A stretch of 64,000 bases of DNA, taken from IMG/VR virus record IMGVR_UViG_3300025030_000074, positions 19,084 through 83,083 of that record; one strand, given 5' to 3'. This stretch comes from a virus. The translations under genes were made by a program, and so were the position numbers. Numbering within the stretch: the stretch's first letter is position 1; each line of letters begins with the position of its first letter. Shown here piece by piece: positions 1-8,009 of the stretch. Below the pieces are notes generated by a model. It was not told where the DNA came from, made no database searches, and saw only the letters and a list, made by a program, of their open reading frames with translations.

Positions 1-216
1 CTATCTTTTCCATTTGTGCAAAGGACACTTTTCATCCAGAGATCTTATTTTACTGGGCAGTAAACAAGCACATTCTATACATATATTAAGTTTGTTGCTG
101 TTGCAATTCGCACATTTTATCTCTCTTTCCATCGCTATTTCCTCCACTTCCTTGTTTTTCCATATTAAGTTTTTCCAACCATCTTTTATGGACTTTATAT
201 TTTCCTCTATATTCAT
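1..216 (-). CDS. Small Cys-rich (zinc-binding) hypothetical protein
   Basis: 71-aa ORF with CxxC...CxxCxC...K.R.....CP..KW, a pattern typical of small conserved phage zinc-finger proteins. Confidence 0.65.
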   Translation of the reverse strand: MNIEENIKSIKDGWKNLIWKNKEVEEIAMEREIKCANCNSNKLNICIECACLLPSKIRSLDEKCPLHKWKR

Positions 217-424
217 AAGGCGTCTTTCTTCCGAAGGTTCCTAAATTTATAAGTTTTACGGCCTCTTTCTTTGATTTTGCTGTTTTAACTATCTTAAACT
301 GACTCCAAATTATTTCTCTTACAGTGAGAGGTTTAAGTTTAAACTCCTTTGCTACCTCTTTAACCAAATTTTCTAGTTCTTTTTCAAACTTATGAACATA
401 TTTAACTTTAACTTTAGCTAACAT
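86..424 (-). CDS. HU/IHF-like DNA-binding protein
   Basis: LVKEVAKEF..V.EII.SQF..V......VKLINLGTF resembles the HU/IHF fold of crAss-like IHF genes. Confidence 0.6.
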   Translation of the reverse strand: MLAKVKVKYVHKFEKELENLVKEVAKEFKLKPLTVREIIWSQFKIVKTAKSKKEAVKLINLGTFGRKTPYEYRGKYKVHKRWLEKLNMEKQGSGGNSDGKRDKMCELQQQQT

Positions 425-770
425 CTATTCGGTATTCTATGTTTATTGATTCCCCTTCTCTTGGTAGATGATCAGATATAATTTTTGATACCGTATTTTT
501 AGTTAAAATACCTTTACGTCTTAGTTGTAGAATATGATTATTCATAGATTGAGTACTCATAGCCGGTACCATACTATTTCTTATAGCCTTCCTTACATTT
601 CTAGAACGAAATAGTTCTTCTACTTCTTTCTTGTTTCTGTTAGCCGAATAAAGTATAAGTATCTTCTCTAAGAACTCTCTTTCTCTTGGCTTTAATCCTA
701 ACACTGGATTGAGAGTTTTTATAAAAGTCTTATAAAATTCGTCTCTTTTAACTTTTATTGGTACAATCAT
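414..770 (-). CDS. Putative winged-HTH DNA-binding protein
   Basis: LKPREREFL...IRNSM..MSTQSMNNHILQLRRKGIL HTH-like pattern; overlaps neighbours in operon fashion. Confidence 0.5.
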   Translation of the reverse strand: MIVPIKVKRDEFYKTFIKTLNPVLGLKPREREFLEKILILYSANRNKKEVEELFRSRNVRKAIRNSMVPAMSTQSMNNHILQLRRKGILTKNTVSKIISDHLPREGESINIEYRIDVS

Positions 771-1654
771 TATTTGTTATCCATATATAGAATAGATACT
801 TTTCTATCTACTATCCTTCCCAAAATATCATAGTACAAAATTTTCCCATTATTATTTACCTTTTCTAATTCCACTTCTATTGCGATTATATTAGAATAGG
901 TATATTTTCCATCATAGTCGGTTTGTCTTAATCTGTAATAATTTATTCCATTAACAGAATTTTTATCTATATAGAAATAGAAAGATTTCTGATAAGAATT
1001 TCCTTGTCCCGGAATATTTGAAATCCTTTTGAATAGATTTCCGTCTTCTGTACTTTCTATAGTGAAATAAGCATTATTCTGTTCGGAACCTGTTGTCCAC
1101 CATAAAAATATACTTCCATCTACCGACTCTTTTCCTTTAAACTCTATGAGTTTTATAGGTAAAGGTATAGTTCCTCTCTCGTAGTAATAAGGACAGAAAT
1201 CAGTAAATCCTATACATCCAGGTCCTCCTCCCGTAGTACTTGCAGACATACAAAAAGTATATTGGGTACCAGGAAGTAAGTTTCCAAAAGATAATCCGGT
1301 TCCTATCTGAACACAAGCAGGTGAAAAAAGACGAAAACTTCCAAAAGAATAAACTGCACATCCTTGTCCAGCCCATCCTGAATTTATATCTACAGAATCC
1401 GTAGTTGGAGTAAAAGTCCAACAAACAGTCGGAGTTTTTCCATAACTCTTTGGATTACAATATCCGTTATCTTGTAACCACTGATAGTCCAAAGACTCAT
1501 TGGTGGTTACCTTCATTGGTCCGTCTGGTGAAGCACAAGAACCAGCTTTAGCAACTGCTGAATCTGAATAATTTAAAACCCTTGAATCTGAACTTGTCTG
1601 ACATAAAGAAGATAAAGATAATATTGTAAATAGTATGATTATATTGTTTCTCAT
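770..1654 (-). CDS. Secreted Cys-rich protein with Bacteroidota PLP(I/V)xL Ig-like domain and truncated T9SS-type C-terminus
   Basis: N-terminal signal peptide; PLPIKLIEFKG...LWWTTGSEQNNAYFTIE...YYRLRQTDYDG..YS; C-terminal YYDILGR. Confidence 0.75.
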   Translation of the reverse strand: MRNNIIILFTILSLSSLCQTSSDSRVLNYSDSAVAKAGSCASPDGPMKVTTNESLDYQWLQDNGYCNPKSYGKTPTVCWTFTPTTDSVDINSGWAGQGCAVYSFGSFRLFSPACVQIGTGLSFGNLLPGTQYTFCMSASTTGGGPGCIGFTDFCPYYYERGTIPLPIKLIEFKGKESVDGSIFLWWTTGSEQNNAYFTIESTEDGNLFKRISNIPGQGNSYQKSFYFYIDKNSVNGINYYRLRQTDYDGKYTYSNIIAIEVELEKVNNNGKILYYDILGRIVDRKVSILYMDNK

Positions 1655-1664
1655 ATGTATTTAT

Positions 1665-2303
1665 TTAAGTTTCAAATAAAGAGGTTTGGGACTGAACTAT
1701 TTTTAAACGTTTTTCTGAATCCTCAAAATAATCAGCATCTATTTCTGTTCCGGTTAAATCAAAGCCTTCTTTGTATGCCGCTATTGATGAACTTCCACTC
1801 CCTAAATGAGTATCTAAAATCAAATCTCCTTCTTTGGCATAGTTCTTTAATATCCACCTATATAAATCTATAGGCTTCTCCGTAGGATGAATTTTATTTT
1901 GTGTAAGTAGTTTTCCTCTAGAATAGTTAAACACTCTTACTGAACTATCAAAACTTGTCCAAGCAAGTTCTGCATCTGCAAAACTAAAACCTCTTTGTCC
2001 TTTATCCCATATTAACCAACATCTACTTGGAAATAAATATTGAGTAAAGTAATTGCCACCCCAGATTATCTGATTCTCAGATACTCGCATCAACTCTTTA
2101 AAATATCCTTCGGTTGGTATAGAACTATCCCATTCCTTATGCTTCCAAGCTCTGTAACCATTCTTTCTGCAAGTTTGTCCCTTAATGGCCAACTCTTGCG
2201 AAGTTGATATTCCATAAGGCGGATCAACAATGGCAAGATCAAACTTTTTATCTGCACAAGTTTTCATATACTTCATGCAGTCTATATTCATCAGTTTAAT
2301 CAC
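1665..2303 (-). CDS. Beta-class amino DNA methyltransferase (probably N6-adenine)
   Basis: DPPY catalytic motif precedes HPTEKP and the LDTHLGSGS SAM motif. Confidence 0.92.
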   Translation of the reverse strand: MIKLMNIDCMKYMKTCADKKFDLAIVDPPYGISTSQELAIKGQTCRKNGYRAWKHKEWDSSIPTEGYFKELMRVSENQIIWGGNYFTQYLFPSRCWLIWDKGQRGFSFADAELAWTSFDSSVRVFNYSRGKLLTQNKIHPTEKPIDLYRWILKNYAKEGDLILDTHLGSGSSSIAAYKEGFDLTGTEIDADYFEDSEKRLKIVQSQTSLFET

Positions 2304-2569
2304 GGCTTAAGATTAATTTTAACTTCTTCCTCCTCAATAAGCTGTACAATATTGTATCTGTTAAAGAACTCTTTTACAATTTTGTCTTTTAAAAGTTCTA
2401 ATGCCTCCTCCGAATCTCTTGCAGGAATCTCATATATTGTCCCATATATCTCCCTGTTCTTTGTAACCTTGAAACTAAACCTCCCGGATTTCTTAGTCTT
2501 CTTTTCTTTATTTTCCTTATTTTCCCCCTCCTTCTTAGAAAAAAGAAAATTAGCTATCTTCTTTAACAT
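2300..2569 (-). CDS. Hypothetical protein
   Basis: 89-aa ORF overlapping both methylase genes. Confidence 0.6.
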   Translation of the reverse strand: MLKKIANFLFSKKEGENKENKEKKTKKSGRFSFKVTKNREIYGTIYEIPARDSEEALELLKDKIVKEFFNRYNIVQLIEEEEVKINLKP

Positions 2570-3450
2570 TAATCTAAAACTAATTTAAGTTGTTCCTTAT
2601 ATGGTTTAATTCTCTCTTCTGCAAGTTTTACATATTTATCCGATATCTCACTTCCAATATAAAACCTGTTGTTTAAAATACACATCTTTGCTACAGTTCC
2701 GCTTCCCATAAAGCAATCGTAGACTAAATCTCCTTTAACCGTCCAGCTGATAAGATGGTCTTGTACTAATTTTTCAGGAAATATTGCAGGATGCTCAAAT
2801 GCTATATTATCCTTAGTTGAAAAATTTTTTCCTGTATTATATCTCCAAATATTGTTCCTGGGTGAATATTTTGGAACAGGTTTCATATCTCTCTCTATTA
2901 ACTTGCCTTCTTTAGTCCTTATTTTCGATTTACCGAACGATGTGTATCCTGCCCATCTATTCTCCTTGTCACATCTCAAAGTAGCGGTCTTGGGCTTACC
3001 TTTGCTGAAAACAAACATATATTCAAATATTTGAGAATATCTGTTTCCATCTCTCCTTGCAGGAAAAGAAGTTCCGTTCTTCTCATATATCATAGTATCA
3101 TGAATACGAAATCCTACTTCCTGGAAATATAAAGCCTGTCTAAAACTTATTCCACTCTCTCCTCCATCTATAACAGAATCTCCTACTACCCATACTATTA
3201 CACCTCCAGGTTTAGTAACTCTATAAAGTGATTCTGCTATGTTCTCAAAATTAAACTGATAACCTTCATATGATCTAAGATCTGAATAGGGAGGAGAAGT
3301 GATTGTTAAATCTATCAACTCCTCCGGCATATCACACATAGTTCTTAAACAATCCTCATTCTTTATAGTGTTCTTGTTTTCAGATTTCCATGCCCCTACG
3401 TAATCAACCTTCTCTAAAATCTCCGTCTTTTTTTCTATATACTCATTCAT
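2569..3450 (-). CDS. Beta-class amino DNA methyltransferase (probably N4-cytosine)
   Basis: TSPPY motif, HPAIFP, YDCFMGSGT. Confidence 0.92.
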   Translation of the reverse strand: MNEYIEKKTEILEKVDYVGAWKSENKNTIKNEDCLRTMCDMPEELIDLTITSPPYSDLRSYEGYQFNFENIAESLYRVTKPGGVIVWVVGDSVIDGGESGISFRQALYFQEVGFRIHDTMIYEKNGTSFPARRDGNRYSQIFEYMFVFSKGKPKTATLRCDKENRWAGYTSFGKSKIRTKEGKLIERDMKPVPKYSPRNNIWRYNTGKNFSTKDNIAFEHPAIFPEKLVQDHLISWTVKGDLVYDCFMGSGTVAKMCILNNRFYIGSEISDKYVKLAEERIKPYKEQLKLVLD

Positions 3451-3759
3451 CTATTTAAATTGATGTTCCGTGATTACAGAAGGTACTTTATCATATCCAC
3501 AAATAGGACAACTAATAAAGTTATTAAAATCCTTCTCAGCATCTTTCTTTGTAAGATACCCCTGCATTGAAGTAGATAAATCTACTACCTTAGTCCAACC
3601 ACATCTCATAGGCTCCGAAGTTCCTTGTAAAGAATGATAATCCTTTGATACATAAGGATTATAGAACTCTCCTGTATCCCCTCTCTCTACTAACCAAAGA
3701 TATCCTCCATCACAGTAAATATCAACTAACCTTTTATAATACTCTTTATCTTTTTTCAT
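3451..3759 (-). CDS. Hypothetical protein
   Basis: 102-aa ORF abutting the next gene; CPIC motif; ends ITEHQF. Confidence 0.65.
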   Translation of the reverse strand: MKKDKEYYKRLVDIYCDGGYLWLVERGDTGEFYNPYVSKDYHSLQGTSEPMRCGWTKVVDLSTSMQGYLTKKDAEKDFNNFISCPICGYDKVPSVITEHQFK

Positions 3760-3764
3760 AATAG

Positions 3765-3920
3765 CTGGCAGAGGAAGATTTGAACTTCCAAGAGGAGCTT
3801 ATAAAAAAGGCATGCCTTAAGGGGCAATACAAGTTCATGTCTGAAGTGTAAGTACCTTTTCCTTCGCTGATTCCCCGCCTAATAGACAGTTAGGTGCGTC
3901 TTCCTTTTCGCCATCTGCCA
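3765..3920 (-). tRNA. tRNA-like gene (anticodon loop CTGTCTA, GTC/Asp) with an 88-nt variable region
   Basis: Acceptor TGGCAGA/TCTGCCA, D arm GCGAAAAGGAAGACGC, anticodon arm CCTAA-CTGTCTA-TTAGG, T arm GGAAG-TTCAAAT-CTTCC; no encoded CCA. Confidence 0.7.
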
Positions 3921-3925
3921 GTATT

Positions 3926-4297
3926 TTATATGTTTTTTACTCCTAACATATTATCATAAAAAGCTTTAAAAGTTTCTAAATTGCAAAGATTTAGATGTAT
4001 ATACTCTTCTGCCCTTTCAACAACTTTATAATATAAATAGTTGGTACTCGCATGTTTATACTTCTTTAAATATAGAATGTCTGATAAAAAAGTAAATTCA
4101 TATACGGTAATATACTTATCCTTTTTAAAAAAAACATTGCTTTCTAAGTTAGAAGTAAATCCCTCTTTAAGCAAAAATTCTATAATGTCTTTCCTATATT
4201 TATGATCTTTAAGTCTCTTTTCATAATTTAAGCACTCTTTCTCAGTTATAAAACTCATATCTCCACTCTTAAAGACATTTTGTAGTGATGTTTCCAT
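3926..4297 (-). CDS. Hypothetical protein (probably leaderless mRNA)
   Basis: 123-aa ORF whose ATG lies 4 nt after a TATCTTTG -7 element. Confidence 0.65.
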   Translation of the reverse strand: METSLQNVFKSGDMSFITEKECLNYEKRLKDHKYRKDIIEFLLKEGFTSNLESNVFFKKDKYITVYEFTFLSDILYLKKYKHASTNYLYYKVVERAEEYIHLNLCNLETFKAFYDNMLGVKNI

Positions 4298-4300
4298 TTT

Positions 4301-4334
4301 GCAAAGATACGTAAAATAATTGACATATCCTAAT
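4301..4334 (-). promoter_or_regulatory. Bacteroidota sigma70-type promoter
   Basis: TTAG..N~20..TATCTTTG on the minus strand; closely similar to the promoters at 5587 and 57639. Confidence 0.7.
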
Positions 4335-4361
4335 TTTTTTGAATAATAATGAAAAAAATCT

Positions 4362-4562
4362 TTAGTTTTCTTCTACAAATTCATCTTCCTCTCCTCTTTC
4401 CAAGTCCTCTAAATAGAGTTCCTCAGCATGATCCAAATTTCTTATATCACTTCCATCAAGATGTGCGTTTATCAACTCTTCCATATCCTTTTTATCTTGT
4501 TCACTTATTCCCTCCAACTCTTCAATTTTTGGAATTTCCGTTCTATTAATAACTTTTATCAT
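4362..4562 (-). CDS. Small acidic hypothetical protein
   Basis: 66-aa ORF, very Glu/Asp-rich, ATGA overlap with the upstream gene. Confidence 0.6.
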   Translation of the reverse strand: MIKVINRTEIPKIEELEGISEQDKKDMEELINAHLDGSDIRNLDHAEELYLEDLERGEEDEFVEEN

Positions 4563-4861
4563 AAATAATTCTTATTAGGCACCCAACTACTCATCTGATA
4601 ATCCTTGAGTATCTTGGGAATACATTCTTTAATATACCACTTTCTTATGTTACTTAAAGCCTTCTCTTGAGCATCGTTCTTGACATTCAAAAGAGGCATC
4701 CTCGTTATCCTCATCAATACATCCATCACAGCATTCTTTCTCTCCTCTAAAATAAACTCTTTTATCACCCAAAGCCTTTCTACCTCATTATTCTTAGGAT
4801 CAAAATATAACTCGTCAAACCTATTTTCCCAAGGATCATTGTTTTTTCTTAATTCTTCCAT
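4559..4861 (-). CDS. Hypothetical protein
   Basis: 100-aa ORF in an operon. Confidence 0.6.
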   Translation of the reverse strand: MEELRKNNDPWENRFDELYFDPKNNEVERLWVIKEFILEERKNAVMDVLMRITRMPLLNVKNDAQEKALSNIRKWYIKECIPKILKDYQMSSWVPNKNYL

Positions 4862-5228
4862 TTATTCGTATTGGGTTAAATATGTTTGTTAATCTCCTTT
4901 TTACATCCATCTCCTTTAAAATCTCACCTTCGTTGAACCTAAATACCTTATACCCTCCAAACCTTAACCTCTCCTCCTTATGTTCATCGAAAAGTCCAAT
5001 ATTTATTACTATCTTCTTCTTTGGAAAGTAAAAATCAACTTTTATATCTGCACTGTTTGCCTCAGCATTCAATTTACCATTAATACTTCTCGCTTTATAG
5101 TAAACTCTTTGATTTACACAAGGTATCCTAACCTCAATAAGATATTCCGGACTACCCACTTCCTTAAACCATCTTACCATCAAAGAACAAAAAATAGATT
5201 TACCCCTCTTTATTTCCTCTACTTCCAT
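4836..5228 (-). CDS. DUF559/Vsr-like endonuclease-domain protein
   Basis: VDFYFPKKKIVINI...H....L...GYKVFRFNEGEI pattern; the usual (I/V)EIDG reads INIG. Confidence 0.7.
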   Translation of the reverse strand: MEVEEIKRGKSIFCSLMVRWFKEVGSPEYLIEVRIPCVNQRVYYKARSINGKLNAEANSADIKVDFYFPKKKIVINIGLFDEHKEERLRFGGYKVFRFNEGEILKEMDVKRRLTNIFNPIRINGRIKKKQ

Positions 5229-5586
5229 AGTTGATATAACTCGAACATTGCTGGACTATTATTCCTTATTACCTTACAATTTACAATATTTAACTTTTAA
5301 GCATAGTTAGGTTTAAACTGGAAAATTTTTTGTTTTCCTGGATAATTGCCCCTAGCTTAACTTTAGTCCCCTACCCTATTTTCGTTACGGTTTAAGATAT
5401 TTTACCTCTTTCCCAAGGTCTCAATCTTTTTATTCTACAAAGCGGTTTTGCCTTCTACCCAAATACGGTACGCTTCTTAACGATTATTCAAGTAAACTCT
5501 TCGTTTATTATAGTTGAACTCTTACTAAACCCCCCGTTACCAAGGTAAAAAATAAGAGCTGAAGATGTCTTTGAAACTAAATCGAT
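5229..5586 (-). ncRNA. Long structured non-coding leader/ncRNA (cassette A)
   Basis: No ORF; nested stems on the minus strand (CGATT/AATCG, TTCAA/TTGAA, TCTTC/GAAGA, AGCTCTTATT/AGTAAGAGTT, AAGCG/CGCTT, GGAAAA/TTTTCC); lies directly downstream of a promoter. Confidence 0.5.
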
Positions 5587-5648
5587 GCAAATATACGTAA
5601 AAGAAATGACATCTCCAAATAAAAACGATAATATTTTACATTATAGTT
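5587..5648 (-). promoter_or_regulatory. Bacteroidota sigma70-type promoter with conserved upstream box
   Basis: TTTG(5619-5616)-N20-TATATTTG(5595-5588); 52/62 nt identical to 57639-57700. Confidence 0.8.
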
Positions 5649-5971
5649 GCATTTTGTTAGTCAAACCCTTACTGGGCGCAGGTTTGAGAAGGAAAAATAA
5701 TTTTGCTTTTAAGTAATTTCTGTCATATAAAGCCAAAATAGTGGCCCAAGTAGGGGGTAAAAAAAATTTTTTTGGGCAACGGAATTTGACTATCATAGAA
5801 AGAATACGTTCCCGGATAATGCAAAATTTTAAAATTTTTTTGGAATTTTTAAAAGAAGGTACGTGTTTGGGGACGTCCCATCTCCCCAACTCCCGCTAAC
5901 ATTGGGAGGGAAACCTACCCGGCCGCTCTTATGAGAGCAAAATGTGCTGGTAGATAAGGTTTTTCTTCACT

Positions 5972-6035
5972 CCCACGATTTGGAACGGTACGAAATAATA
6001 GTACTGGACGGTTCGAATCACGTCTCGTGGGACCA
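5972..6035 (+). ncRNA. D-armless mini tRNA-like element with 3' CCA
   Basis: Acceptor CCCACGA/TCGTGGG + A + CCA; T arm GACGG-TTCGAAT-C(A)CGTC; GGTAC/GTACT hairpin; D arm replaced by TTTGGAAC. Confidence 0.65.
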
Positions 6036-6178
6036 GTCCCCAGTAGCCACGAAACTACTCACTTTGTAGTGGAGCTGCCATGAAGGGAATACGACAGTTG
6101 CAAGAACTCCAACTATGCGAAACGCTAAACAACGAAGTTCCAAGCTACTTAACACCAAATACCAAATACCAAAATACA

Positions 6179-6535
6179 ATGACTGGACAAATCTTTCTCA
6201 AAAGCGTTGAAAGACGTGAAAGAGCAGAAGGTGAAGACTTCGCAATATGCAGATTCGCTACTCTTAAAGGCGGTGCCAACAGGATTAGCAATGAACCTGA
6301 CGTTGCAGAAGCATTGGAAGGTACATGGGTAGAAGGCGAAATCATACGTGCTGACGTAAAGCCGTACAAAAATGATTTTGAGGACGGCAAGGGTGAACAA
6401 ACCCTGAAAGTTCGTAATGTAGTTGTGTACAAAGGGGAAACTCTTGAAGCCGCAACTATCGCTTCTGGCCATGAGTTAGCACGTAAACCAAAAGCTGTTT
6501 TAGCTGAGGCAGGTGCTGATGCCGACCAAGAGTAA
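6179..6535 (+). CDS. First early gene; hypothetical, possibly OB-fold/ssDNA-binding (start revised from 6080)
   Basis: ATG at 6179 follows an ACCAAAT-rich leader; beta-rich sequence with acidic tail; followed by a terminator. Confidence 0.6.
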   Translation: MTGQIFLKSVERRERAEGEDFAICRFATLKGGANRISNEPDVAEALEGTWVEGEIIRADVKPYKNDFEDGKGEQTLKVRNVVVYKGETLEAATIASGHELARKPKAVLAEAGADADQE

Positions 6536-6546
6536 AGTAACCGATT

Positions 6547-6584
6547 AGAGAGCTGCGAAGCACAGTAACAGCTCTCTTTTCTTT
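6547..6584 (+). terminator. Rho-independent terminator
   Basis: AGAGAGCTG/CAGCTCTCT stem followed by TTTCTTT. Confidence 0.75.
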
Positions 6585-6918
6585 ATATTGAACCAAATAC
6601 CTAATGACCAATTCCATTGTTTTTAGACTTTATATAGATTTGAATATTGAAAAAACTAGAATTGGAGTAGTCTCTTGTTAGTCGTAGCCCCTTGCCCCAA
6701 TTCGTTACGTTCTGAAGGTGTTCTGGATTCTGCCCTTTCTCTTTTTATATTTGACTAAAGATATGAAAAGGAAGTACCAACAAACAAGAATAGTAACAAC
6801 AACAAAAGAACAACTAATAAGAGTAGAATAGCGTTTTGGAAGATAAATCCTACGACTAAGAAAATAGTACTCCAAAACTTGTTTTTTTGCGAATTTTTTA
6901 ACCTAATACCTAAATACT

Positions 6919-7008
6919 ATGTACACATTAATCGCAGCTTTCTTATTTATTAGCGCTCTAATAGTTACTTGTTACTTATTACTCAAAAAATATGACGAGG
7001 ATTTCTAA
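6919..7008 (+). CDS. 29-aa single-TM peptide (not in ORF track)
   Basis: MYTLIAAFLFISALIVTCYLLLKKYDEDF, behind a leader repeat. Confidence 0.55.
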   Translation: MYTLIAAFLFISALIVTCYLLLKKYDEDF

Positions 7009-7025
7009 CCCAATACCTAAATACT

Positions 7026-7268
7026 ATGATAACACCCTTTCGAGACAAAATAGTTGAAGTGCTTGGACAGCGTCTAAACTACTGTTGGAACTCGGTTAAT
7101 GACACCACAAAAGCATTAATAGCGGATGAATTAGTAAAAATTATTACATCTGATCCACCTGTTATCGGTTCATTGCCGCACATTCATAAAGCAGGAAAGG
7201 ATGAAAATATTGATACCTGTGGAATATGCGGACACGATATTAGACACGAAATACATGTGCGATTATGA
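7026..7268 (+). CDS. Hypothetical protein with C-terminal H/CxxC/H zinc motif
   Basis: HIH...CGICGH..RHEIH; preceded by a leader repeat. Confidence 0.65.
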   Translation: MITPFRDKIVEVLGQRLNYCWNSVNDTTKALIADELVKIITSDPPVIGSLPHIHKAGKDENIDTCGICGHDIRHEIHVRL

Positions 7269-7330
7269 CAAAGGAATTATCTGTTCCCTATATTTGACTA
7301 AAAATAATTACTAACCTAATACCTAACTAT

Positions 7331-7432
7331 ATGGATCCTAATTTGTTTAATATCATTTTAGACTTACTATTTATGGCTTTTGTTATTACAGCAGCCTACA
7401 TTATACGTGAAAAATATTGCAAAGATAAATAA
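7331..7432 (+). CDS. 33-aa single-TM peptide (not in ORF track)
   Basis: MDPNLFNIILDLLFMAFVITAAYIIREKYCKDK, behind a leader repeat. Confidence 0.55.
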   Translation: MDPNLFNIILDLLFMAFVITAAYIIREKYCKDK

Positions 7433-7449
7433 CCTAATACCTAACAACT

Positions 7450-7746
7450 ATGACTAAAAACGAATACTTACTTACTTTACTTGCAGAAGAATGTGCCGAA
7501 TTATCACAGACCGCTTCTAAAGCACTAAGATTTACTACCAAAAAAATAGGACCTGGTCAGAAACTTAATAATGAACAAAGAATAGCTCAGGAATTCTTTG
7601 ACCTAATAGCTATTGTAGAATTACTACAGGAAAATGAGGTCATAGATTATTTCAAAGTTGATGAACAAAGTATTGAGAACAAAAAGAATAAAGTTGCAAA
7701 ATATATGAAGTATTCAACCAAAATAGGAGTAATTAAAGAAACCTAA
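7450..7746 (+). CDS. MazG-like all-alpha NTP pyrophosphohydrolase
   Basis: LAEECAEL.Q..SKALRF ... QEFFDL (ExxE...ExxD). Confidence 0.7.
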   Translation: MTKNEYLLTLLAEECAELSQTASKALRFTTKKIGPGQKLNNEQRIAQEFFDLIAIVELLQENEVIDYFKVDEQSIENKKNKVAKYMKYSTKIGVIKET

Positions 7747-7762
7747 AAAGTAATAACCTAAC

Positions 7763-7940
7763 ATGTGGAAAGGCACAAAAGAGTAGGTAAAGCGCATTTC
7801 CAAACTACTGAAAGGCACGGGAGAGTAGGGAAATAATGTTGTTGATGAGAACCAAAAGTGAGGAAAGGTAAGTGGGAGTAGGTCTATCACCTTCCTAATA
7901 TTACCTGAAAAACCATAAAAACCCACCATTATTTCACTCT
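7763..7940 (+). ncRNA. Candidate structured RNA with three GAAAGG..GAGTAGG repeats
   Basis: Repeats at 7768, 7810 and 7863; stems ATGTG/CGCAT, CTACT/AGTAG, GAAATAATG/CATTATTTC; intergenic. Confidence 0.45.
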
Positions 7941-8009
7941 GATTAGTTTTTTTATACCTTTGAGTACAACTGTCTTTAATTAACCAATTACTAACTTAAA
8001 ACCAAAACA

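Larger units (their letters stand above)
6591..7444 (+). repeat. Dispersed leader repeat AACC(T/C/A)AATACCTAA, 5 copies
   Basis: Copies at 6591, 6900, 7007, 7313 and 7431, each immediately upstream of an ATG. Confidence 0.8.

Noticed and set aside
5229-5586. Group I intron core in cassette A or B
   Set aside because: No ordered P/Q/R/S elements and no interrupted exon pair
5641-5889. 82-aa minus-strand ORF
   Set aside because: Spans the low-complexity switch/promoter region and has no protein-like features
7840-7870. Hammerhead ribozyme (TGATGAG...GAAA)
   Set aside because: The core lacks the C of CUGAUGA and has no convincing stem II
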